Under the pieces are notes generated by a model. The model made no database searches. It was given only the letters and a program-made list of their open reading frames with translations, and was not told the origin of the DNA. A DNA stretch of 62,874 nt, counting the filler, from Neolecta irregularis DAH-3 (lineage: Eukaryota): NCBI GenBank assembly GCA_001929475.1. It is 7 parts of 7 records of this genome, joined end to end, with 100 filler letters (N's around TTAATTAATTAA, not from the genome) between each part and the next. Parts side by side here need not be neighbours in the genome. Positions count along the whole stretch, not along the records: positions 28,404 to 43,525 come from LXFE01000597.1; positions 43,626 to 56,033 come from LXFE01000598.1; 5 more parts are not named here. One strand, 5' to 3'. Position numbers and translations under genes: made by a program. How positions within the stretch are numbered: position 1 is the stretch's first letter; every line of letters starts with the position of its first letter. Below are positions 36,452 through 48,239 of the stretch, in pieces.

Positions 36452-37864
36452 CCATGTTATTAATAGAACTCTCCCAAGCTGAATACTCCATATTCACGAT
36501 ATTTTTAACGATCATGTAGGTAATGGATAAGGCTTATCGCTGAATTTTTTATCATGTAGAAATAGAGTATGAACGTGTTCGAAAGTCCACAGATCAAGGC
36601 TTGCCGACTGATGGAATTGAGCAAAGGCAATTCTAAGAAAAGAGACCAGTAGTGGCAAGCTGCAATTCAGATAAGAAATTATACCTGTTATAGATTCGCT
36701 CAGTTGAAGACAGCGCAGTTGTTTGACATATAGATAACGTTGCAATCATCTGAACGTACAATTATAAATATTTTCCTGTCATTCCTTCCTCGTGCTCAAC
36801 GCCCGCGATATTGTCTCATGCGCTCGAGAGTGTCGATTCCGTAGTTATGTAGGTTACTGTATATTCTCCATTAGGATGAGGACGTCAAGATAACAGACCT
36901 TGGTAAATCGATATCTTGTTTGTATGCCTTCTCGCATTCATGAGACTGAATCAAGGCTCATCGACCCGATCATCAAAACCAATGGAAGAAATTGTACGTC
37001 CGTTTACCCACATCATCATAACGGGTAAAGCGTTCTATTGGAGAACTTCAGAATGGTCAGCCTTCGAGATTGAGGTGCTTATTACTTCTGATTTTGGGAG
37101 CTGATTTCAGCACTCGCATCACATTGTGACTAAGTACAATCTAATTGCTCTGTGGTTGAACACCCACAATACAACACCTTCGAAAGAAAAAGAATTTGGC
37201 ACGAGTTCATGCCCTTATTCTGAGAGTAAGGATATGAAACGACAGTCTGGTCTCCTCTTGCATCAGATATTTGTATCTAGGGCACCTCTGTGAAATTAAT
37301 TACTTAGGTATGTTTTCTGGACAATATAATGATGATGATCTCGATGGCTCACGATTTTCGACGTCCTTACGGTTGATTCATCTAATCAGACAGCTGAAGA
37401 AAACATGAGATTGAACCAGCACTCCGCAGTATCAACGAAAGACTGCAATCGCCAGAAGTAAAGCCTCGAATTCAAAAAGCGTCGGAACTTGGTTTGCTCG
37501 CTAAAGAACTTGTTACTTAACTGATCCACCACCGCGCTAAGTCTTGCATAGTGTCTTGTCAATAAGAACGTCAGCACAGCATTAACTCGCGCGAGTAAAA
37601 CGGAGCAAATCAAAGACAATTTTGAGACGATCAAGGCATTTCGAAGAATCAGAATAAGATGATAATATTCAGGTCTACAAAAGATTGGTGAGTAAGATAC
37701 TTGAGAACGAACCCGCGGAGAAAGAGCTATTCGGTCGATGGGCATGATAAACCTCTTCGAAGGAGGATCTTTAGGACATTGAGCTTAATAGGCAATGAAG
37801 TCAAAGGAATCAACTCATCGATATAGATATTGCATTGAACTTTGAAGTGGTCTTGCAGATGATA

Positions 37865-39415
37865 CTATATGAAGTGCAATCCAGAGCTCAAGGGCTCCCC
37901 AGTTTCATCATGCTCACCTCCCGGATAAATATAACCAATAAGTTTTGAATATCTATTATTCTGATAAAAACAAAACAAGCCTAAGGCCTTACAAGAAGAC
38001 ATCATCACCTGTAATTCTTTGGATGAAATCTGTTCCGCTCCTCCGCTGATTAAAATTAAAGCCACCACGCTGAACAAATCGTGCCTTCTCGTTCTCTCTC
38101 CAAGGGTGCTTCTCGGAAATCTTGGAGAAAGCACTTTCACCACACATCACCGTTGAAAGTGTATATTCTAAGGAGTTAGCATCCCTCATCTATCTTGACT
38201 GCATGCCATGATTTTTCCAGCTATCAAGAGATTCATTGCAATTTTCAATATCTTCTAGAAATATGAGTTCCATGAAGTAGACTTGTGAATACCATGATCT
38301 GATGTAATACTGCGAGTATATATTTCAGTAGATCTGGATACTGGAGCTTCATTCAAGGGAGTTGGAAGATATATTGATGGATTTTCATCTTCATCATCTT
38401 GTGCTTGAATAAGTTGTGGTAGGTGAGGTTCATGCTCTTGTAAGTATTCCTGAAGGCTATAAGGACTATATTCCTGTGTTTGAGCAGATGGTACAGCAAT
38501 TTGATAATCTTCATGACTATATCTAAACTTAGGTCTTCTAGCCATTTGATAATTGGCATCAGTTGTAGCTAAATATTGATTTCTGCTATATGTACTGCAG
38601 ACACCAGATGGTGAGGCTATGCATAATTCACCTGCCTTGATAGTTGGCGTATTATTAACATTCCAATTAGCAAAGCCTTGTTCAGACCTCCTCTCCTTAA
38701 CCGCTGGAGAGAATATAGATGATTCACCCGTGTGAATTTGAGGTAGTGAGTCTAGTGTTCCTCTTCCTTGTTGACATGGGCTACTTTGTATATATTCAGC
38801 CCAACTTTTTCTTGGATAATCTATTTCCTCTCTTTGGCAATTCTTGTGATTAAGAGCTTCAAGAAGAGCATAACTCATTACACTGTTTGGAGAGATAGTA
38901 TTCCATTTATTCCATTCTTCAATTCCTCTTCTCCAGTGGGTTTCAAGATGTGGTCTAGAAGGCTCTTGCCCAGGAGAAAATAGTAAATGAGATATCTTAG
39001 GCATTTTTTTGAAATGAAGTTTTGTAAGTAGCTTGCACCAGAAGCCATGTTTCTTCTTGGGAGTTTCAGACGTTGCTCCATCAGACAAGTATTCATGAGC
39101 TCTAGAAGAAGTTTGAATTTGAATATCTTTGGAGAGAGTATTTGCTCTCTTGGTAGGACTGAATGATGGAAATGACAAGTGAAAAGGACTCTTGGTTTTG
39201 GTTTGGGCTTGACTAACAGCAATGTTAAATGAGTTATGTTGGAATAGCTTTGCTGGAGAGGGTTTCAACTGAGGTACAGGCGAGAGACAAAGCTTAGCTG
39301 ACCTCACAGTAGTGTTTCTTCTGTCCATTTGAGAATTCTTTGAGATGGCTGCAGGTCCTCCGTTCATTGCAATTTGAGCAGCTTGTAATGACATTACATT
39401 TTGTGATTCAAGCAT
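37865..39415 (-). CDS. Hypothetical, largely disordered protein, 4 exons
   Basis: The 386-aa ORF continues through a GT-AG intron (38255-38292), a GC-AG intron (38168-38206) and a third intron to the stop at 37865. Confidence 0.55.
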
Positions 39416-39655
39416 TTATATCCGGATTGCCGTCAGAAATCACTCTTGAATGTAGCTCTGCCCTTGACAGTGAAAATAACAGGGGTATAAGTATAGAAGA
39501 GAGAAGAACAGGATAGTGGGATTATGGAAACCAAAAACTGTGGAGTATGAGAATGGGGAAGAAATGAATGCAACGAAATGTAGGAGCACTCAAGCACCCT
39601 TGCCAAAATTTTATTTTTGTTAATATTACTAGCATTTACCAAGAGGCTCTAAATT

Positions 39656-40916
39656 TTACTCGGGAAATTCCTTCAAGATAATTTGATCTGCCCTGGCTTG
39701 TATGCTCGTTGCGTCAACTTTTGTTTCTTTGCTCGATTTGTTTTCATATATATTGTTGGTAGCAGTGGCAACGACAATTTCGTCGAGAACTTTCTCCCGC
39801 ACAACCAAAGAGTTCCAATTGACCTCTCCATCCTTCCCATATCGTCCCCTCAACCATTCATTTGCTTTTTTGAAGTGACCACATTGAATAAAAGGGATCT
39901 TTGCACTAGCTTGAGCAAGCGGACTCGGATGGCATCCTTTCAGGATGCAATGCTTCTGCGCCTACGTATATCAGCCGAGAAAATAGCACAACCCAACATT
40001 TACTGTGGTCACTCGTCCCTCAGCATTCTTACCCCATGCAAGAAAGACTACACCGGGACGCGTCTTCTCTACAGTCTTTATTACAGCTGCAGTAAATGTT
40101 TCCCATCCTTTCTTCTGATGCGAATTCGCTTGATTTGCTCGTACGGTGAGGGCCGAGTTCAATAACAAAACTCCTTGTCTTGCCCATGAAGTCAAAAGAC
40201 TTTTTCTCGTAAGCACAAGGTTTTACAGATGTAGTAACAAACCCATTCTTAGGTGATACAAAGTCCGGGTAATCGTGTACGAGACATTTATATATATTAT
40301 GAAGGGATGGAGGAATAGCGGTTGGCGGACGAACCGAGAAAGATAAGCCATGTGCTTGATTCGGCTGATGGTAAGGGTCTTGGCCGAGAATTACGACTTT
40401 GACATTCTGAAGAGGTGTATGTCGCGACCAAGAGTAGATATCCGCATCTTGTGATTAAAGGATATGCGGGAGGGTATTGGAGTATACCCTGTGGATAAAC
40501 AGTGTTCTTTGACTGTTTTTCCGAAGAGAGAAATCTTTTCAGCTACAACGGGATCAACCGGGCGTTTCAGAAACCTATACTTGTAGGAAATAATCTTTCG
40601 TCAGGTCTCCATGCAGCTCAGCTAACCACGACTCGTGCAGCGTATCTATCTCCAATCTATTGTGCTAATTAACAACCGTGGCCTCCTGGAAACCATACTT
40701 CAATAACACTTTCTGATCTTCGGTTAGTCCTTGAACCCATTCATGTTTATTCCATCGGGAAGCTTTTGTGCTTTTCGTGGCTGCCGGAGAAGAGGAACCA
40801 CTCTTAAAAAATCCAGATAAATTACCCTGCTTGAGTTTCTTTGATGGATCTGAGATTTGTGTATTTTCGATGGGTGACCCCTTACGCTTCTTCATTATAG
40901 GAAAAGTAGACATCAT
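39656..40916 (-). CDS. UNG1: Uracil-DNA glycosylase, 6 exons
   Basis: [45 protein letters not shown]-terminal PIP-box-like QGNLSGFF. Confidence 0.96.
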
Positions 40917-41324
40917 CAATCTCGAAAACAGTAAATGTACAAGCAGATGGTGCAGTAGGTCGTGGAATGATGCTAAACGCGTAAGAACGTTGGAGGAATT
41001 AGGAGTTGGAATTGGCTTTGTAAGGACACCTGAAATGTCGCGTCCTGCTCGCGTCAAGTCGCTGGCGTGTTTCGTCGATAGTGCAGGCTATCTCATCTGA
41101 AAGCTGATAAACAATTATTCTTGATCTACCATACAAAGGCAATTATATCTAAACTAGATGCCTGTGAATGAAGGCTCCAACATTTCGAAAACTCTCTCCG
41201 TTGTGAATAGGTTCTCAAGGACGAGATTTGCTGCAAATCATATACGACTAGAATGAATATTTAGCACGTAATGGGACCAGAGCATAGGCTCTAACAGATG
41301 TGGCTCGGTGTGTGTAAAAAATAG

Positions 41325-41960
41325 TCAAAGACGGTAGAAAGACAGCAGAGCTATACATACATCCAGCAAATCAAAGAAGCCCCAATTCTGTTTCTACACA
41401 CGTGCGAAATTTCTCTCCATGTGGTTGGGGGAATCTTTCCAGCTTTTCGATACTAATTCTTCTGATCGAATCCGAGAGAGTGCTATAGTGTCAGATTTAG
41501 GACTACATACCCACCAACTTCGGGGTAGCTTTGAGAAGATAATGGTTTTCAGAAAGTCTATCTGCAAGTTCCATTTGATGATTGTCCATCAGGTTTTGGT
41601 TTGCAACGACAATCAGTTTCTTGCCCAATCTTAGCGCTTCCAATATGGACCCGGAACCTGACATTAAAAAAGGCAAACCCATAGTCAACCTGCATGAGAT
41701 ATAACAAGGTCCGCGTTCTTCATCTCCTCATCCAGCGATGATGAATAGCTGAACCCAGAAATTTGAATGTCTTTTGACGCAGTTTCCCTCTGAGCAAAGA
41801 CTCTTTCTCCACTGCCGAACTGAATTCTCAGACTTCTATAGCCGGCAGAAGAGAGGTTATTTAAAACATCGCACTGTAATATGGCTTCGATCAGATCATT
41901 AAATGAAGTTGAACCGACAGTAACAAAAACTTCTGTTGATGTCGGGTTGTTCTTACTCAT
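41325..41960 (-). CDS. ALG13: UDP-GlcNAc transferase catalytic subunit, 3 exons
   Basis: VFVTVGSTSF, ADLVISHAG|SGSILEAL, VVANQNLMDNHQMELA; 3' end approximate. Confidence 0.92.
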
Positions 41961-42035
41961 CGAAAACCCAAGCAACCCGAGCTTTCCCAACACCAACCAC
42001 CCTCCCGAAAGTTTCCTTTCCTGAACCACTAACCT

Positions 42036-43189
42036 ATGCCAACCTTTGTGCCAAGAACAAGGTTTCCACATGTCACTCTCCAATCATGGTTTCCAGGACA
42101 TATGCTTGTTGGATTCCGGAAAATGAAGGCTTTGTTGTCAGATATCGATCTTATCATAGAAGCCCGTGATGCTCGATTACCAATATCTTCTAGAAATCCT
42201 ATCTTTGAGAAAGAGTTCGGTAACAAAGAACGGATAGTGGTCTATAATAAAAGGGATCTTGCTGGAACATTTTCTGAAGATGTACCACCTGATCTTTTGA
42301 AACCAAATTGAATAGAGAGGGTGAGGATGCTCAGTCCTGAGGTCGAAGTTATTTTCAACAATACCTTTGATAGAAAGTCATTGGGATATTTCCTTGGGAC
42401 GCTCAAGAGTACGTGAGAATTCGTAAATACTGAGCTAAATTATCAGAGAGGGCTCTGCAGATGAGTAGTATGAAAGTTCTTATTGTGGGTATGCCGAATG
42501 TCGGCAAGTCTTCCATTATAAATGCCTTGAGGTCAAGCGGTTTGCAAAGAGGTAGAATCTATCCCCATAAATCTTGTTCTAATAATTAGGCAAAGCAGTA
42601 GCTACAGGAAGACAAGCAGGTATTACGAGGAAAGTCACTGGTATCATAAAAGTTTCAGAGAGACCAGATGTAAGCATTGTTGATACCCCTGGCATGTGCA
42701 ACCGATCAGGATAATGCTGACCGATATATAGGCGTATTCATTCCCTTCGTTCCCAACCCGGAGACTATGCTTAAATTTGCTCTTACTGGGTGCATCAAAG
42801 ATTCATTATACGACTACCATACCATTGCTGATTATCTTCTTTACCATCTCAATCTTTACGACCCTTCAATTTACATGTCTCTTTGTAGAATGAACGAACC
42901 TACAAATGAAATAGAGACGGTCTTGCACGAAGTCGCCCTACGAACCGGGAAATTAAACAAAGGAGGGATGGCTAACAGCGACGCAGCTGCGGAATATCTT
43001 GTACATCGTTATCGAGTGGGTGATATGGGGAAATTTGTGTTAGACGAGATTGATGAGAAGAGTGTTTCTGAACGGTTAAAGCTCGAACGGGAAGCCAAGA
43101 GCCGTAGCATGTTGCGGAAGGAAGCGAGTGCTGAACGGGATAAGAAGAGGGAAGGGAAACGATTGAGAAAGCTAGATGATGTGACATGA
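42036..43189 (+). CDS. MTG1: Mitochondrial ribosome-assembly GTPase, 5 exons
   Basis: WFPGHM, IEARDARLPISSRNP, NKRDL, VGMPNVGKSS, DTPG (split by GC-AG intron 42692-42731). Confidence 0.93.
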
Positions 43190-43414
43190 CTGAATGAAGA
43201 TGGAACCCTCAAGTCTTGTACTTCTTGTAATTCTACAATGCCGATGTGTTTGAGCAAGCAATAAAGTTAAAGATGCCTTTTATATGATACTACCTCTCCA
43301 TATATGATAGAACTCCTTAATACAGTGATTATAGATTCGGGAGAATGCCCCGTCGGGGTGTCGTCCCATGGAGAGACACAAAACACTTGTTGTCAAATAA
43401 ACTCTCGGTTGCTA

Positions 43415-43525
43415 TCAGACTTGCTAACAAGTAAGCAAGTCCAATTCTGGACTTTGGAGTTGCTTGCTTGCATATTTCAGGCCTTTGGACTTGCTTGCTT
43501 GGACTTGCTTGCTATTTTACTTGCA
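43415..43525. mobile_element. End of an ACTTGCT-rich MITE-like repeat (same family as 28404-28500)
   Basis: TCAGACTTGCTAACAAGTAAGCAAGTCC... running into the contig gap. Confidence 0.6.
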
Positions 43526-43625
43526 NNNNNNNNNNNNNNNNNNNNNNNNNNNNNNNNNNNNNNNNNNNNTTAATTAATTAANNNNNNNNNNNNNNNNNNN
43601 NNNNNNNNNNNNNNNNNNNNNNNNN
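43526..43625. other. Artificial contig spacer
   Basis: N-TTAATTAATTAA-N. Confidence 0.97.
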
Positions 43626-43841
43626 AGAATAGGCACTGGATTTAACAGGCTAGAGATGCGATTATCCCAGGTGATTCAAAAGTTGCATAGGTCATAAAAA
43701 GGTTAGTTGTAATTCAAAGGAACCGCACCATTCTTGAATATGTATATATAGCTAGATACCGAAACTAATACGTCAATTGAGATAATATCACTTGATCACA
43801 GTAAGAAAACTGTGATATTGAATTAAATATAAGTGATATAC

Positions 43842-45207
43842 CTATTTTTCACTGTCTTTCTCATGAAGAAAAGTGCGTTTCCCAGAGGTATAATCAGCCA
43901 CTACATGCCCTGCTCCCTTAAGCACATATTTATATATAGTCAATCCTTGTAGACCAACAGGTCCTCTAGCATGAATCTTGCATGTACTAATACCCACTTC
44001 ACTTCCAAAGCCATATCGAAATCCATCAGCAAATCGTGTACTTGCGTTCCAATAAACATTTGCACTATCGATTTGACTAGTGAATTGGGAAGCGACTGTT
44101 TGTGAAGAAGATATTAGACAGTCTGTGTGGTTTGACGAGTGGGCGTTTATATGCTTTATTGCTTCTGAGAGAGATGATACTGTTTTTACGGCGAGGGTAA
44201 GTGATAAGAATTCGGTATTGTAGTCTTGTTCTGTGGATGCTATAACCAAGTGTGACAAGTCTTTTAAAACGTCGAATGAGGCGGGGTCGCATTTCAAAGT
44301 AACTGAACTGGACAAGAGGGGTTTTGCAATTTGGGGGAGAGCAGAGGTTAGGAGGGAAGAGTGTATTAGTAGTGTTTCTACAGCGTTGCAAGCAGCTGGA
44401 TAATTTGTTTTTGAATCGAGGATGATGGAAGATGCCATTTCGATATCTGCGTCTTGATGGACGTATATTGAGCAAATTCCATCTGCATGGCCAAGAACGG
44501 GTATTCTACTATCAGTTTTGAAAGTGAAAAATTCAACTTTGTGTTTTGTTTTATTTGTTGGACCAGGGCGTTGCTTCCTCTTGGGATGACGAGGTCAATG
44601 TATTTATCTTGGGTTAATAATTCCGAGACTTCGTCTCTGGAGGAAATGAGCTGGAATGCATTGGACGGAATTTCGGCCAATGATAATGCAATTTTTATTG
44701 CTTTTTCGATAGCGATTAAAGTATGGAGGCTTTCCTTTCCTCCTTTTAGGATTGCAGCGTTGCCTGATTTCAGAGCGAGGGCAGTAATGTTGACGACTAC
44801 CTCTGGTCTTGCTTCGAAAATGACAAGCAAGACGCCAATGGGACAAGAGACGCGGGACAGGTGGAGGCCGTGGTCGAGGGTAGTGGCGGACTGGATCTGT
44901 CCAAGGGGATCTGCGAGATTTTGCACGTCAAGCAGGCCCTGCAGGATGTTGCGGAATTTGTCTGGACAGGAAATGTCAAGGCGGGCGACGAGGGGAGCAG
45001 CGAGGTTTGCAGCGGCGGCAGCCTGGATGCTGGTTAATATCGACAACTCGAAGCTGGGACCTGGAGATCGATGGTGTTTGCGGCGAGTATTTCCTGTTTC
45101 GCATGCAACAGCTGGTTGTGGATGTGTTGCAGGGCGGCATTGCGCCGAGAGACGGGCAGCGATTGCAGCAGGCGCCCGGCATCTCGAGCGTCTTTGGCTG
45201 TTTGCAT
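43842..45207 (-). CDS. PRO2: Gamma-glutamyl phosphate reductase, 3 exons
   Basis: CPIGVLLVIFEARP, KSGNAAILKGGKE, DLVIPRGS, YPAACNAVETLL, NASTRFADGFRYGFG, HARGPVGL. Confidence 0.96.
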
Positions 45208-45224
45208 CAGAGGACCGATCAGAT

Positions 45225-45609
45225 CAGATTGGATGAGATGAGATGGAGGTGGGATTGAAATGGAGATGGAGAGTCGAGGAGATCAGGTTGGATCAGACTG
45301 GATGAGAGTAGACAGATTCGATTAGAGATCAGTTCTCGTCTGTATCTCCTCTCCATTCCATCCCATCTCATCTCATCTCATCTCCTCTCATCTCATCTCC
45401 TCTCCTCTCCTCTCCTCTCCTCTCCTCTCCTCTCATCTCATCTCATCTCCTCTCATCTCATCTCATTTCATCTCCTCTCCTCTCCTCTCCTCTCCATCTC
45501 CTTCTCCTCTCCATTCCATCTCATTTCATCTCCGCTCAATCTCAGTCTCATCTCCATCTCATCTCCTCTTCTCTCCATCTCCTCTCCATCTCATCTCACC
45601 TCCATCTCC
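45225..45609. repeat. Pentamer-based (CTCAT/CTCCT) polypyrimidine tract, preceded by complementary GAGAT repeats
   Basis: Direct read; fills the PRO2/CSN3 divergent intergenic region. Confidence 0.9.
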
Positions 45610-46777
45610 ATGACTACACCTGCTGCTCAATTCGCAGATCAGAGCGAGTGCGCAGCGTACGTGCGCACATTCGATGTCGACGCTGCCCGTAACAATCCCG
45701 CGCCGCGTACTCGCTCGCTATATCTCGCTGACTGCAGTCCTCCGTCTCCTCGAATCCGCAGATCCGCAGATTGCACTCGCCGCAGTCCAGCGATTTGCGC
45801 CGTCGCAGCACCACCTCACGCCTGTGCACGTTGTGTTTCTCACCCGCTGTCTCGCAGATCGCAATTATTCTCTTGCCCTGCCCCTCCTCGACATTCCCCT
45901 CTGCCACTTTTCGCCGCTCTACTCGACATACCACCACCACCTGCTCTACCACTTTTACGCAGCCTCCATCTATCTCGCTCTGAGAATGCTCCCCCAGTCC
46001 CGCCAGTTTTTTGCTTTTGTATCGTCTCTGCATGCCCCTCTGATCCCAGGTCATCGCTGCTCCCGGCCAGTGCTGCTCCCAAATACAGCTAGAAGCCTAC
46101 AAAAAATGGCTGCTCATCAGCGCAATCCTCGGCTCTTGCACAGAAATGCCTAAAAACGCAAGCTTGGCCCTCCAAAGAGCCACAACCTCGGTAATATCCA
46201 GAGCATACTCGGAACTCGCAACCGCAATGCAATCAGACTGCCATGCCCGTGTCCTAAGCGTCATCGACAAGGCCGCAGACGTTTGGACAGAGGTCCGTCC
46301 CTTGTACAATCATCTAACCCCAGGACGGAAACATTGGCCTCGTCAACCTCTGTTTCAACACCATTCCAAAACGAATCATTAAAAAATTGAGAGAAATATA
46401 TGTCACCATTACCCTCCAAGAATTATCCAGACTAGTCTTTCTATCCCCCCAGGACGCAAAATCCCTTCTCCAACAAATGGTACCGCCCCCATCCATATCT
46501 CTTCTAACAACAGACATCATCAAATAATATAATTGCAGAAATCTCGTCATCAGAGATAGTCACTTTTCCAAATACCAATCCAACAGAATTAAATTCAACG
46601 CATACCCTCAACCTTTTAAATAATCTAGTCCAGTTGAATAAACAATTAGGCTCAAGTAAAGAATATCTAGCCAAGCAGAATAATAGTCCAAAAGAAGGAT
46701 TTGTTAGTGAGTTTACGGTGGAGGAAAGTATCATGGATCAAGATTTTAAAGATGATGATATCATGGATTTCGAGTAA
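45610..46777 (+). CDS. CSN3: COP9 signalosome subunit 3 (PCI domain), about 5 exons
   Basis: LTPVHVVF..CL, LLYHFYAASIY, IQLEAYKKWLLIS, DGNIGLV...IKKLREIYVTITL. Confidence 0.85.
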
Positions 46778-47145
46778 AAAGCAATAGATGTCATATATAA
46801 CTATGTGAGATTAGTCGGAAATAATTGAAAGTAGTCGATGCAACCTCAATATCCAGGCAGCAGGATCCGGCGCAGCTACCTCTTTGAATCCCAGCAAGAG
46901 ATTCCGAAGCGAATTCATTCGATAACGTCTGGTGATGTTGTAATGGAATTGGCTCTGGTATTCTTTTACTATCACGATACAACGAATCCACCCTACAACG
47001 AACTCTACACTAGTGTACGCCACATTCGTGATAAGCAGGTTGGGCTGTAGAAAGTAACAGATGTTTTAACAAGTATCATGGATCAAGATTTTAAAGCTGA
47101 TTTCATGATTTTGAGTAGAAAGTAGATTAACATCGTCTATATGCA

Positions 47146-48032
47146 TTATATCCCACCCACCCACCGAAAACTCATAAACTTGTGATTCAATTCCCGTCGT
47201 CCATGGATATAATAAGCACTCTCAATCCCTCCTTCAGCCTGCGACCGCAAATAAAACAATCGGGAAATTCGACTATGAACAAGAGCCATTGAACACATTA
47301 CACACGGTTCAAAAGTAGTGAATACATCGAGACCAGAGCATAAATAATTATTCCCAGGTTTAAATGGTTGATTATGATTCCCACCACGACGAATTCGTTC
47401 GGTTTCAGCGACGGCGGAAATCGCGTTCATTATAGAATGATGCAATGGATGTTCGTCGCGCGAATCTATCGACGATGAAATTAATTCTTGAGATTTAGGA
47501 TCGACGATAAGTGTAGTTTTGCAAGTAACAGAGAGCTTTTGAATGTAATGTTTGATATACTGTATATCTTTGATTTCAACTATTCTAGGCGGATTTTTAA
47601 GGGGCCAAAGAAGCGATGCTGCGAGGTACTGTGAATCAACGTACGCTGGATCTCGAGGGACAAATTCCTCTCGGACAGGAAAGGAAATTAATTGTTCTAG
47701 GTCGTGTTTGTTCAAGGCGTCAACGGGACATAAGAGCATGTCAAGCTCGTCATCTACTGTCGCCGTCGCTCTGAACCGCTTAAGATGAGAAAGATCGTGC
47801 GAGATTTTAATTCGGGTGACTTGACTGGACGTTAGATTGTACCTATCGAGATATTACGCAAGAAGCGCCTTTGTAGCAAGACGCGGGACGGTGGCTATAT
47901 ACACGGGGACTACCGTTAGCCAGTGGTACAAGATCGAGTACATGGTTCTACTGGCTGAGACTGGATGTGCGAAGGGATTTGGAGGAGACATGACGGTGTA
48001 TTGACTGAGGTCACCGCAAAGTCCTTGCCCAT
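47146..48032 (-). CDS. TAD3: tRNA adenosine-34 deaminase non-catalytic subunit, 3 exons
   Basis: LSHLKRF, HPLHHSIMNAI (no catalytic Glu), YLCSGLD, EPCVMCSMALVHSRI, LNHKF. Confidence 0.93.
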
Positions 48033-48239
48033 CCTCTGTTCTGATATGGTATATGTGCCGGCACTTTTGATTGCTGTAATGCGGGATTATCCGGTACTTG
48101 AACTATGGATAGTGGATCCGGCACTTGAATGGAGAGTGGAGGGTCGAATTGCGTTGGTCTACCTGAAACCACTGGTCGAATTACGTCGGCCTACTTGTAA
48201 CCACCACTCATGGCTAGCAGTCAGACCTGGACGCCATTT

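Noticed and set aside
36500-37800. Short ORFs, including 37386..37745
   Set aside because: No recognisable family, and I could not build a consistent exon chain.
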